Shown: positions 1 to 8,733 of the stretch, one piece after another
Layout: the number at the start of each line of letters is the position of its first letter
Numbering within the stretch: the first letter of the stretch is position 1
Source of the DNA: Gammaproteobacteria bacterium
GTDB taxonomy: Bacteria > Pseudomonadota > Gammaproteobacteria > GCA-001735895
Length of the DNA: 42,505 nucleotides
Reading direction: 5' to 3'
Assembly (NCBI GenBank): GCA_047629275.1
Contig: JBLHWR010000002.1
Location: 1-42,505, forward strand
Notes under the pieces: generated by a model
The model's database searches: none
What the model saw: only the letters and a program-made list of their open reading frames with translations
What the model was told of the DNA's origin: nothing
Translations under genes and position numbers: made by a program

Positions 1-812
1 AGTTTTGTTATGAAGAGCATTCTAGACTCGTCCAGAAAAGATGTCAGCAAATGATTAACTTGCTCAGGGTCTTCTGCTAAGGCCATATGTCGCAGACCCT
101 TTAGAATTTCCAGTTGAGCATTAGGAATAGTGGAAGCAATTCTCTGAGCCATTTCGGCTGAATTGCCATAATCTTCATCACCTGTCATCACAAGTGTGGG
201 ACATTTAATCGATGCAACACTCTCTTCCAGCCCAATATCGGCTATCGCTAACAATTGATACAATTCAGGATAAACCAAAGGATCATTAGCCAGCACCCAC
301 AGACGTATTTTCTCTAATACCGCTATGTTTTGTTTTGCAAACTGGGTCGAAAACCAGCGTGAAAGCGCATCGGATACAGTTGCGCCCGGCCCAGATACTC
401 GGCATTGCGCCACTCTTTCCATAATACTGGCTCTCTGTTCTGGCGTTCTACCATGCGCAGCATGAAGTATAGCCAGAGCCGACACTCGATCTGGGTGAGC
501 CAATGTAAAGGCTTGCACAATGAGCCCCCCTAAAGAAAAACCAATCAATGCACAGCGGTCAATACCCAGGTCATCGACTAATTGACACAGCTGATCAACC
601 ATTTGCACCATATGATAGGGACCACTAGGTTTCGCACTGTCGCCATGACCCAATAAATCATAGGTAACCACTCGGTAACCTTTTTTTAGTGCTGGTAACT
701 GCCATTGCCACATAGCCTGATTGAGCCCAAGCCCATGAACCAGAACAACCACAGAGCCCTCTCCTTCGTCTGCAAAAGCAGTTTCACCCAACATTAAAGA
801 TTTATTGTTCAT
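1..812 (-). CDS. alpha/beta-fold hydrolase (3-oxoadipate enol-lactonase-like); 3' end runs off the left edge
   Basis: Absent from the ORF track because the frame has no stop inside the window. The reverse complement from the ATG at 812-810 reads without stops to position 3. Translation: MNNKSLMLGETAFADEGEGSVVVLVHGLGLNQAMWQWQLPALKKGYRVVTYDLLGHGDS...CALIGFSLGGLIVQ (G-x-S-x-G nucleophile elbow)...TGDEDY...LRHMALAEDPEQV (candidate Asp and His of the triad). About 270 aa are already present, so the stop should lie just outside. Confidence 0.8.
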   Translation of the reverse strand, partial: MNNKSLMLGETAFADEGEGSVVVLVHGLGLNQAMWQWQLPALKKGYRVVTYDLLGHGDSAKPSGPYHMVQMVDQLCQLVDDLGIDRCALIGFSLGGLIVQAFTLAHPDRVSALAILHAAHGRTPEQRASIMERVAQCRVSGPGATVSDALSRWFSTQFAKQNIAVLEKIRLWVLANDPLVYPELYQLLAIADIGLEESVASIKCPTLVMTGDEDYGNSAEMAQRIASTIPNAQLEILKGLRHMALAEDPEQVNHLLTSFLDESRMLFITK

Positions 813-1029
813 TGCCTTAATTTCCATCCACTATTTACTACCATTTGGCTTCGCACATCACTTCACTAAAACCAAGAAAGTCATCATTCAAAACTCAAGT
901 TTTCGAGATGTTTCTGATAACTTAATAAAGACTCGTTTAAGCGCCTCTACATCCTATCAGCTCCAAACATATCACGTACAAAAGAGAGATATTCGATCAA
1001 ATGCAGTTCGTCAAACTTATCGGATTTCC

Positions 1030-1221
1030 TCAATTGTCACGGTCGCTGTGCAAAACACCGTTTCGCCCCCAATCTTCATCTTGGAGATCTTGAAAGATAA
1101 TCATTACGCCTTCAGCAGGAACATCATATATATCGACAAAAGCCTCGGTTATTTTTTTCATTATTTCCGTTTTTTGCTGCTTGCTTCTACCAGCAATTTG
1201 CTGAACTGTGATTACAGGCAC
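1030..1221 (-). CDS. 4-oxalocrotonate tautomerase family protein
   Basis: 63 aa beginning MPVITVQ, which places the catalytic Pro1 directly after Met. Size and sequence pattern are typical of the 4-OT tautomerase superfamily. Confidence 0.8.
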   Translation of the reverse strand: MPVITVQQIAGRSKQQKTEIMKKITEAFVDIYDVPAEGVMIIFQDLQDEDWGRNGVLHSDRDN

Positions 1222-1334
1222 GACATCGACTCCTAATACTATAATTTATTATAAAAATGCTTAGCCATCAAAGTTGATCTCAGGCAATTTTGGAGCCTGA
1301 AAAACTAGCCTCCACAACTCAAACTATTTTCTCA

Positions 1335-2642
1335 TTATTTCAACTGCTGAAAAACAAATTTAACAATTTCATCTGAGCCACTAACACCATCGGCCAGACC
1401 TAGAACACCGTCTATGACAAACCGTGCATCAACTTTATTAAACCCTGCATGAGCCAGAAGCATATTGGCCTTAACTATCATTTCTTCATTACTGAGCGCG
1501 AGCTCTGGATCACCTTTTGCTGAAGTTCTTTTTGCATAGATACGGTCTCCTTCTGTCGTCAACACAGTCACTGCTGAACCCCAAGATACAGGATAATTTG
1601 AGGCATAAGGTTCTGCCACCACAGCAGTGATTTTCTCACGTAACCCACTAAGTCGATCACGACTAACCTTAGAGAAGGAATCAAAAACGACTTCACCCCC
1701 ATTAATAGCGGCTGCCACACAGTGATAAATTGAAAACTTGGCTGCATACTCACTATCGGGATGAGGTCGATCACAGACATCCATCGCTGCTTCATAGGTG
1801 TCCACATGCACCGAGGCTATATCACGTCCCGCCAACAACTGATGCAACTCCATTGCCGCATCAATTGCAGGGTGAGTATGTCGACAGCAAGGCCAAGGCT
1901 TTATTGAAGTTTGAGTGAGTTGCCATGGTGCATCAGGGTTTGCAGTTACCTTCTCTGGTACAGCATCTAAGCAGGTTGCCTCGAAAAAACCCTTTTTTCC
2001 TTCTAATATTTTAGGCGGCCCAGTAAAGTCTAACTTTGCTAAATCAGCAGCAACTAGGCCAGCTTCGGCTGCACGTCCAGCATGAAGATGCTTACTCATC
2101 GCACCCGTCTCCATAAACTCCCATAATCCAGATGATTGCGTGCCCGCATTACCCAAGGCATGCATGGTCTGATCAGGATTTAAATTAAGCAATGTTGAAG
2201 CAGCCATTGCAGATCCAAAAGGCCCACAGGTAGCCGTGTTATGCCATACTCGATAATGAGAGGGACCGACTCCTGCACCTACGCGGCACATCGCTTCGAA
2301 GCCATGAAGGATTGCTTTGAGCATTTGCTTTCCATCACTCCCCTCGCGTTCAGCTAGCGCAAACACCGTTGGCACTACGACGCATCCAGGATGAGTAACC
2401 GATTCTCGGTGCAGATCATCTGTTTCTAAAATATGCGTCAGACCGCCAGCAACAAGTGCTTTACGCCCCGCATCCTGCCCCTGACTCGCACCCCACTGCA
2501 ATAACTTTCTACCTGGCTCGCTGTTGCGGCCACCTAAAGTATTGGCAATAGCATCCAAAGTTAAAACAGCTGCCCGATCCAGATCACTTTGGCTGATTGG
2601 CTTATTGCGGATATAGCTGATTAACTGCTGAGTTAATGTCAT
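1335..2642 (-). CDS. MmgE/PrpD family protein (2-methylcitrate dehydratase-like fold; substrate unknown)
   Basis: 435 aa of typical family length, with stretches such as THPGCVVVPTVFALAE and GNAGTQSSGLWEF. This is a family-level call only. Confidence 0.8.
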   Translation of the reverse strand: MTLTQQLISYIRNKPISQSDLDRAAVLTLDAIANTLGGRNSEPGRKLLQWGASQGQDAGRKALVAGGLTHILETDDLHRESVTHPGCVVVPTVFALAEREGSDGKQMLKAILHGFEAMCRVGAGVGPSHYRVWHNTATCGPFGSAMAASTLLNLNPDQTMHALGNAGTQSSGLWEFMETGAMSKHLHAGRAAEAGLVAADLAKLDFTGPPKILEGKKGFFEATCLDAVPEKVTANPDAPWQLTQTSIKPWPCCRHTHPAIDAAMELHQLLAGRDIASVHVDTYEAAMDVCDRPHPDSEYAAKFSIYHCVAAAINGGEVVFDSFSKVSRDRLSGLREKITAVVAEPYASNYPVSWGSAVTVLTTEGDRIYAKRTSAKGDPELALSNEEMIVKANMLLAHAGFNKVDARFVIDGVLGLADGVSGSDEIVKFVFQQLK

Positions 2643-2785
2643 GACCGACCTCGCTGATTTATACCTTTGTCCAACTTAAATTCCTCGCTAATATACTCAC
2701 TGTGTTCGACTAGCGCTGGCACAGTTTTTAAAAACGCCGTTTCATTATTCTTAATAACCGGTGGTGCAACCGGGTTGTTCTGGTA
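2639..2785 (-). pseudogene. C-terminal remnant of a family III (CaiB/BaiF-like) CoA-transferase gene
   Basis: A 48-codon open frame with no start codon, closed upstream by an in-frame TAA at 2786-2788. It reads YQNNPVAPPVIKNNETAFLKTVPALVEHSEYISEEFKLDKGINQRGRS. The segment P-x(n)-VPALVEHSEYI resembles the conserved C-terminal AP-x-LGEHT-x-E-I/L tail of CoA-transferase family III. Its TGA overlaps the ATG of the MmgE/PrpD gene (ATGA), as in a formerly coupled gene pair. No matching N-terminal part exists upstream. Confidence 0.4.
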
Positions 2786-3202
2786 TTAATGCAGATAGAT
2801 AAACAACATCACTTAGAGCCTGAAAAAATTCGGTAAGATGAGTTTTACCTGCATCTATCTTACACCAGTATTCACCGAGTAAAAGCTCGGATAGTTTCGT
2901 GACTGCATTACGTGCCTAAGGATAATCTAATTCAAAAGCTAAACTAGTTTCTTCTAATTTTCACTCACTTTCTAGTGAGGATGTTGAACTTTATTATCGC
3001 AATATCTAATAATTGTTAGTTTATCAATGATCACATATTGTTAATCAGTTAATGTTTATATTTAATTCGAGTCATTCAAAATGGTAGACCCAGATGACTA
3101 CCCAACTCACGTAACAGCAGCCACCTGTTGGCAACCAACAAAAAGAAGCCACTAATAAAACATGTTGATCGACCAGGCTATATTGAAGGCTCGATCAATT
3201 CA

Positions 3203-4858
3203 CTAGTTGTCCGCAGCTTTCATAGTTCCGTCTAACAAACGCTCAGCGATAATTCGATCCATCCAATCTGGGTCCATTTCTGGCACGGACGATAGCAGTA
3301 ACTCGGTGTATTTGTGATAAGGGGGACTAAATATTTGTTCTTTAGGACCTTGCTCTACGATTTCACCATCGAGCATGACTATTACTTCGTGGGCGACTGC
3401 ACGAACTGTTGCAATGTCGTGCGTAATAAACATATAGGCCAGATTAAGTTCACGCTGGAGTTTATCAAGTAATATTAAAATACTTTCGGCTACCAGTTGA
3501 TCTAGTGCTGACGTGATTTCATCGCAAACTATAAAAGATGGTTCAGCGGCCAGCGCCCTAGCAATACAAATACGCTGCTTTTGGCCACCCGACAATTCAG
3601 CTGGGAATCGATTTAAAAATTGATCTGGATCCATTTCAATCATTGTCATCAACTCTCTAAGGCGATGCTCTTTCGCCACGCCTTTCATGCCAAGATAAAA
3701 TGACAGTGGGCGACCGATGATATCCCGAATTCGATGTCGTGGATTAATGGCGGTATCTGGCATTTGATAAATCATTTGTGTTTGGCGAAGCTGATCTTTA
3801 GTTCGTCGTCGATAGTCAGCCGGCACTACAATGCCATCAATCAACACTTGTCCTTTGAGAGGCTGTAATAGGCCGGCAATCACTCTAGCGGCGGTACTTT
3901 TACCACTACCCGATTCACCCACCACTGCAACCGTATGTCCACGATGCACTTCAAACGTCACATTTTTAAGCACTGGCTTTGGAACACCCGAATAGGATGC
4001 GGTAACATTTTCAACTCTAATTAGCGCGGTCTCTTCTACCGCAGATACTACAACCTTTTTCCGAAATGAACGTACTGCCCAAAGCGATTTCGTGTAGTCA
4101 TTTTGTGGATAGGAAAGCATAGTGCGGGTATCCGCATCTTCGACTGTTTCGCCGTACCTCAGCACCTTTATTCTATCGGCCATTTGCGCGACTACTGCAA
4201 GATCGTGACTAATGTATATGGCAGCACTATTAAATTGCGCGACTATATCTCTAATCGTAGTGAGCACTTCAATTTGCGTCGTTACATCGAGTGCTGTAGT
4301 GGGTTCGTCGAAGATGATGAGATCAGGACGACACGACAAGGCCATCGCAGTCATGGCACGTTGCAATTGACCACCCGATACCTGATGGGGATAACGAAAG
4401 CCAATTTGATCTGGATCTGGCATTTGAATCTTGGCATAAAGTGCTTTGGCATCTGCGTATGCCTGCTCGCGTGTTCCATGCCCGTGCACCACGACTGTTT
4501 CAGAGAATTGATCAATCAGTTTATAAGCTGGGTTAAAGGAGGCAGCGGCGCTTTGTGCGACATAAGCGATACGGGCGCCCCTGAGCTTTCGCTTTACTGT
4601 CTCTGTCGCGGTCGTTAACTCAATGCCATCAAAATTAATACTGCCTGCCGTTATTTTGCAGCCAGCTTTAACAAATCCCATCGCGGCAATGCCGATAGTG
4701 GATTTTCCAGCGCCAGACTCTCCTATCAAACCCAGCACTTCACCACGATGTAAATGGAGATCAACCCCTTTTACAATTGGCGTCCAATGCTCGCCACTGT
4801 GACCTTCAATTTTTAGGCCCTTAATGTCGAGTAATAATTCTGTCGAATCAGAGGTCAT
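3203..4858 (-). CDS. ABC transporter ATP-binding protein, fused double ATPase (DppD/DppF-type)
   Basis: 551 aa with two Walker A motifs (GESGAGKST, GESGSGKST), two ABC signatures (VSGGQLQR, LSGGQKQR) and two Walker B motifs (LIIFDEPT, FIVCDEIT). Confidence 0.9.
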   Translation of the reverse strand: MTSDSTELLLDIKGLKIEGHSGEHWTPIVKGVDLHLHRGEVLGLIGESGAGKSTIGIAAMGFVKAGCKITAGSINFDGIELTTATETVKRKLRGARIAYVAQSAAASFNPAYKLIDQFSETVVVHGHGTREQAYADAKALYAKIQMPDPDQIGFRYPHQVSGGQLQRAMTAMALSCRPDLIIFDEPTTALDVTTQIEVLTTIRDIVAQFNSAAIYISHDLAVVAQMADRIKVLRYGETVEDADTRTMLSYPQNDYTKSLWAVRSFRKKVVVSAVEETALIRVENVTASYSGVPKPVLKNVTFEVHRGHTVAVVGESGSGKSTAARVIAGLLQPLKGQVLIDGIVVPADYRRRTKDQLRQTQMIYQMPDTAINPRHRIRDIIGRPLSFYLGMKGVAKEHRLRELMTMIEMDPDQFLNRFPAELSGGQKQRICIARALAAEPSFIVCDEITSALDQLVAESILILLDKLQRELNLAYMFITHDIATVRAVAHEVIVMLDGEIVEQGPKEQIFSPPYHKYTELLLSSVPEMDPDWMDRIIAERLLDGTMKAADN

Positions 4859-5726
4859 CTTTTAATCCACTACTCTTCAGCAAAAACCAGTCCACTACAA
4901 AATTAACAGCAATGGTGAGCATTGCAATGGCAGCGGCAGGCAATAATGGGGTCATATCACCATAGGTAATCAGTGTCGACGTGTCACGTACCATAGACCC
5001 CCAGTCTGCGGTTGGTGGTTGAATACCTAGCCCAAGAAAACTCAGTGAACTAATCGTGAGAAATACGTAACAAAACCGAATACCAAACTCCGCAACCATG
5101 GGGGGCATGATATTCGGTAGCACTTCTTTTATGGTGACCCAAAGTACGCCTTCACCCCGTAAACGTGCCGACTCTATGAAATCCAAAACTACCACGTTAA
5201 GACTGACAGCTCTGGAAATTCGAAATACACGAGTTGAATCGAGTACACCAATAATGAGAATTAAACTTAAGACTGATGTGCCAAAAATAGTGAGCAGCAA
5301 CATCGAGAATATTAACGCTGGGATGGCCATTAAAACGTCCACTATTCGACTCATAAGCTGATCGAGCCAACCGCCAAGTACTGCTGCCAACACGCCACAA
5401 ATACCCCCTAAGGTGAAGGCTAGCAAAGTCGTAATGAATGCAATTCCAACCGTATTTCGAGCACCGTATATAAGGCGGGTTAACATATCCCTACCCAGGT
5501 TATCAGTGCCTAACAGGTTTATATCACTCCACGCAGCAAACTGCTTACCAACTATTTCAGATTCGCCAAAGGGTGCCAATAATGGCGCAAAAATAGCCAC
5601 GAATACATAGCCAAAAATGATCAACAGTCCTATCTTTGCAGTGAGCGGCGCTTTATTTAATTCTCGCCAACTAATTGATAATTTGCCTTCATGGTGTTTT
5701 GACAATTGAATTTCAGGCTGGCTCAT
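4848..5726 (-). CDS. ABC transporter permease (DppC/OppC-like)
   Basis: 292 aa polytopic membrane protein. It overlaps the ATPase gene by 11 nt and the upstream permease gene by 4 nt. Confidence 0.85.
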   Translation of the reverse strand: MSQPEIQLSKHHEGKLSISWRELNKAPLTAKIGLLIIFGYVFVAIFAPLLAPFGESEIVGKQFAAWSDINLLGTDNLGRDMLTRLIYGARNTVGIAFITTLLAFTLGGICGVLAAVLGGWLDQLMSRIVDVLMAIPALIFSMLLLTIFGTSVLSLILIIGVLDSTRVFRISRAVSLNVVVLDFIESARLRGEGVLWVTIKEVLPNIMPPMVAEFGIRFCYVFLTISSLSFLGLGIQPPTADWGSMVRDTSTLITYGDMTPLLPAAAIAMLTIAVNFVVDWFLLKSSGLKDDL

Positions 5727-6679
5727 TTAGGGTGCAACAATCGTGGGTTAGTTAATATCGAGAGAATATCCGCCATTACATTAAGCAGAATAAAAGTGCT
5801 AGCAAAAATCAAGCAACAGGCCTGAACCACGGGCAAATCGCGTTTTTGGACTGAATCTACCAATAGCTGACCCAACCCTGGGTAGATAAAAACCACTTCC
5901 ACCACAACCACTCCAACAATTAAATAGGCCAGGTTAAGCACTACCACATTGACAATCGGTGCCCAGGCATTTGGCAATGCGTGACGCAGAATGATACGCG
6001 CTTTGGACATACCCTTGAGCGCTGCCATTTCTATATAGGAGCTGGCGAGCAGATTAATAATGGCGGCGCGCGTCATGCGCATCATATGTGCCACCACTAC
6101 TAGGGTTAGAGTCAAAGCGGGTAGCGTGGTTTTATAAATGCGTTCAAAAAAAGGCGTGCTGACACTGACATTTGCCAAACTGGGCAACCAGGCGAGTTTT
6201 ACCGATACGAACAATATTAAAATATAGGCCACAAAAAATTCGGGCGTAGAGATAGATGTCAGTGTCACGACATTCACCGACCTGTCAAAAAAGCTATTAC
6301 GAAATAACGCCGCTATAACACCCAAAATTAGTGCCAGTGGAATCGCAATAATAGCGGCATAGAATGCGAGGAATAAAGTATTAGCGAAACGGATACCGAT
6401 GAGGTCGGATATCTGTCTTCCGTTGCCGATGGAAACACCGAAATCGCCCTGTAAAATGCCCGTCAACCAATTGAAATAACGAACAGGCGCTGGTAGATCG
6501 AGTCCCATTTGGATTCGCAGTGCTGCCACTGTTTCGGGGGTTGCGGCCTGCCCTAACATGGCCTGTGCGGCATCACCGGGCAATAGACTCACGCCCATAA
6601 AAATAAGTAGCGATACTATAATTAATGTGAGTAAACCCAGCAACAAGCGCTGCAGAATCATCCTGCCAATATTGTTCAA
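5723..6679 (-). CDS. ABC transporter permease (DppB/OppB-like)
   Basis: 318 aa. The N-terminus (MILQRLLLGLLTLIIVSLLIF) and C-terminus (LTNPRL) are typical of DppB-type permeases. Confidence 0.85.
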   Translation of the reverse strand: MNNIGRMILQRLLLGLLTLIIVSLLIFMGVSLLPGDAAQAMLGQAATPETVAALRIQMGLDLPAPVRYFNWLTGILQGDFGVSIGNGRQISDLIGIRFANTLFLAFYAAIIAIPLALILGVIAALFRNSFFDRSVNVVTLTSISTPEFFVAYILILFVSVKLAWLPSLANVSVSTPFFERIYKTTLPALTLTLVVVAHMMRMTRAAIINLLASSYIEMAALKGMSKARIILRHALPNAWAPIVNVVVLNLAYLIVGVVVVEVVFIYPGLGQLLVDSVQKRDLPVVQACCLIFASTFILLNVMADILSILTNPRLLHPK

Positions 6680-6929
6680 TTAATCATCGCTATATTGTCC
6701 AAATAAAACATTCTATTTTGGCACCTTAATTTTATCGAGTCTGCATCGACACTAACATGATAAAAATTGAAGCTGTTCCACCTAATGGGATGGGAGAGCA
6801 AACCAAGATTTCCACCCTATTTTTCAGGCCTATAAATGGATAGGCCACAAAATATCGAGAAAATATTGGCACTCCCCCATCAGCGTTTTAGCTTTCTTTT
6901 AGCCAATTGGAATCCCTAGAATCATCGAG

Positions 6930-8519
6930 TTATTTAAACCACCAACGTTCCGTATTTCTTTGACCATCAACCGCCATGTTGCTCGAAATTTCTTCGGGCG
7001 TGCCTAACTTATCTGACAATACGTCAATTGTATTCGCAAATACTGGCGCGATTAAGCCTCCTTCATCACTGATCAATCGCTGCATCTCGCTATACATATC
7101 CTGTCGCTTGATTTCGTCGAGTTCAGCTCGGGCCGAAACGAGTAATTCCTCAAATCGATCATTATTCCAATGTGTCTCATTCCACGAAGACTTGTTAGAG
7201 AACGCAAGACTTAACATCAAGTCTTCGGTCGGACGACCACTCCAGTAAGAGACACAGAAAGGTACTGTATTCCACACGTTGCTCCAGTAACCATCGGTTG
7301 AAACACGATCAACATTAATGTTGATATTCGCCTTCGCGGCGTGCTCCTTAAACAAGGTCGCAGCATCAACGCCGCCTGCATAGATATCACCTGCGGCAAG
7401 TGTCACATCGAATTTGGACAGACCTGCTTTCTTTAGGTGAAATTTCGCCTTGTCAGGATCATAGGAACGTTGTGGCAAGTCTTTCGCGTAAAAGCGCTGT
7501 GATTTCGCAATCGGATGATCGTTACCTACATAACCATGACCATTCAATATCGTATCAAGCATTGCGTCACGATCGATGGCAAATTTCATAGCCTGTCGAA
7601 TATTATGATTATCGAACGGTGCCTTATCCATTAGCATGGGAAAGGTATAATGAATATTGCCGCTTCTTTCGCTGATGACGATTCCTGGTACCCTCTCCAT
7701 CAGATGTAAAGTCTTGGTGTCGGGTTTATCGATAACATCTACTTCGCCGGTTCGAATCGCGTTCATGCGAGCCGCAACGTCGGGAATATTCAGGGTCACT
7801 ACCTTGTCAAAATTAGGGCCACCTTTAAAGTAATTTGGGTTCCGCCGGGTAATTGCCTGCACCCCAGGCTCCCACTCTTCCAAGATATAAGGTCCGGTAC
7901 CAATGCCTTTTTCCCAATCTGCGGGTGTACTGCCATCAGGGGCAATCGGGAAGTGGTAGTCGGACAATGTATAGGGAAAGTCCGCATTACCAGAATCTAG
8001 CTTGAATACTACGGTGTGTTTCCCATCGGCTCTAACATCCAGTACTGAAGCCACCAACCCCTTGCCCGTCGACACGGTATCGGGGCCTCGGTGCACATTG
8101 ATCGAGTGCACGACATCCTTAGCTTCAAAAGATTTACCATTATGAAATTCAACGCCTTTGCGTAATTTGAAAGTCCACTCTGTTGCGTCAGATGATGCTT
8201 CCCAGCTCTCGGCTAATTCGCTAACAACCTGGCCAGCAGCGTTGATACCGGTGAGATTATTCAGAAGTTGCCATTGGACATTGACCTGATGGCTGCCACC
8301 AGCACCGAGCACACCAAACAGCGTATCAGAGGTTGAACCTTCGCTGAGTCCCTGGCGGAATATGCCACCTCGTTTTGGGCTAGAAGCGAATGCTTCTTCA
8401 GATAATAAGAGACTCGGAATTGCACTCGCCATTCCGAGTGCCGTCGCATGTTTGATAAATTCACGCCTTCCCATGCGTCCTTCAGAAATCGATCTTTGTA
8501 GCGATTCAAACTTTTTCAT
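6930..8519 (-). CDS. ABC substrate-binding protein, family 5 (peptide/nickel/opine type), with twin-arginine signal peptide
   Basis: I moved the start to MKKFESL (ATG at 8519), which is preceded by GAGGGG at 7 nt. The longer track ORF adds 36 aa with no such support, and an ATG at 8474 (MGRREFIK) is also possible. Tat motif GRREFIK is followed by a hydrophobic core and an AFA-SS cleavage site. The body (WEASSDATEWTFKLRKGVEFHNGK) is typical of SBP family 5. Confidence 0.85.
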   Translation of the reverse strand: MKKFESLQRSISEGRMGRREFIKHATALGMASAIPSLLLSEEAFASSPKRGGIFRQGLSEGSTSDTLFGVLGAGGSHQVNVQWQLLNNLTGINAAGQVVSELAESWEASSDATEWTFKLRKGVEFHNGKSFEAKDVVHSINVHRGPDTVSTGKGLVASVLDVRADGKHTVVFKLDSGNADFPYTLSDYHFPIAPDGSTPADWEKGIGTGPYILEEWEPGVQAITRRNPNYFKGGPNFDKVVTLNIPDVAARMNAIRTGEVDVIDKPDTKTLHLMERVPGIVISERSGNIHYTFPMLMDKAPFDNHNIRQAMKFAIDRDAMLDTILNGHGYVGNDHPIAKSQRFYAKDLPQRSYDPDKAKFHLKKAGLSKFDVTLAAGDIYAGGVDAATLFKEHAAKANININVDRVSTDGYWSNVWNTVPFCVSYWSGRPTEDLMLSLAFSNKSSWNETHWNNDRFEELLVSARAELDEIKRQDMYSEMQRLISDEGGLIAPVFANTIDVLSDKLGTPEEISSNMAVDGQRNTERWWFK

Positions 8520-8636
8520 CGTTATACCCCTCAAGATTATTATGTGACCTCGGCTAGTCTTGCACGCCAATAATACATCATTACTCGACTGCTTATCTGC
8601 TAGCTCGATAATATTCTGTGCTATCACTGTGAGTAT

Positions 8637-8646
8637 TTTATCGATT
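8637..8646 (-). promoter_or_regulatory. AATCGATAAA motif upstream of the importer operon (candidate regulator site)
   Basis: The same 10-mer, in the same orientation relative to the downstream gene, also occurs at 9883-9892 upstream of the catabolic operon. Chance occurrence in AT-rich DNA is not excluded. Confidence 0.25.
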
Positions 8647-8733
8647 TTTCGTCTTAATCACTTATATTTCGTCATAATTTTGCAATCAATTATCAATCAG
8701 GGTCAATCCATGCTCATTATGTTTATCGCAAAT

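Noticed and set aside
323-520. 65-aa minus-strand ORF
   Set aside because: It is an alternative reading frame inside the alpha/beta hydrolase gene. The hydrolase frame gives a continuous 270-aa protein with catalytic-triad motifs.
832-1029. Possible about 28-codon minus-strand ORF (…DKFDELHLIEYLSFVRDMFGADRM) between the tautomerase and hydrolase genes
   Set aside because: It has only a TTG start, no SD and no recognisable family, and it is too short to judge from sequence alone.
805-1236. 143-aa plus-strand ORF
   Set aside because: It lies antisense across the well-supported tautomerase gene and the hydrolase promoter region. Its sequence is low-complexity with no recognisable motif and no SD. 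It is most likely a shadow ORF.
4103-4618. 171-aa plus-strand ORF
   Set aside because: It lies entirely antisense within the double-ATPase ABC gene. It is Cys/Ile/Arg-rich nonsense typical of the reverse frame of a GC-richer gene.
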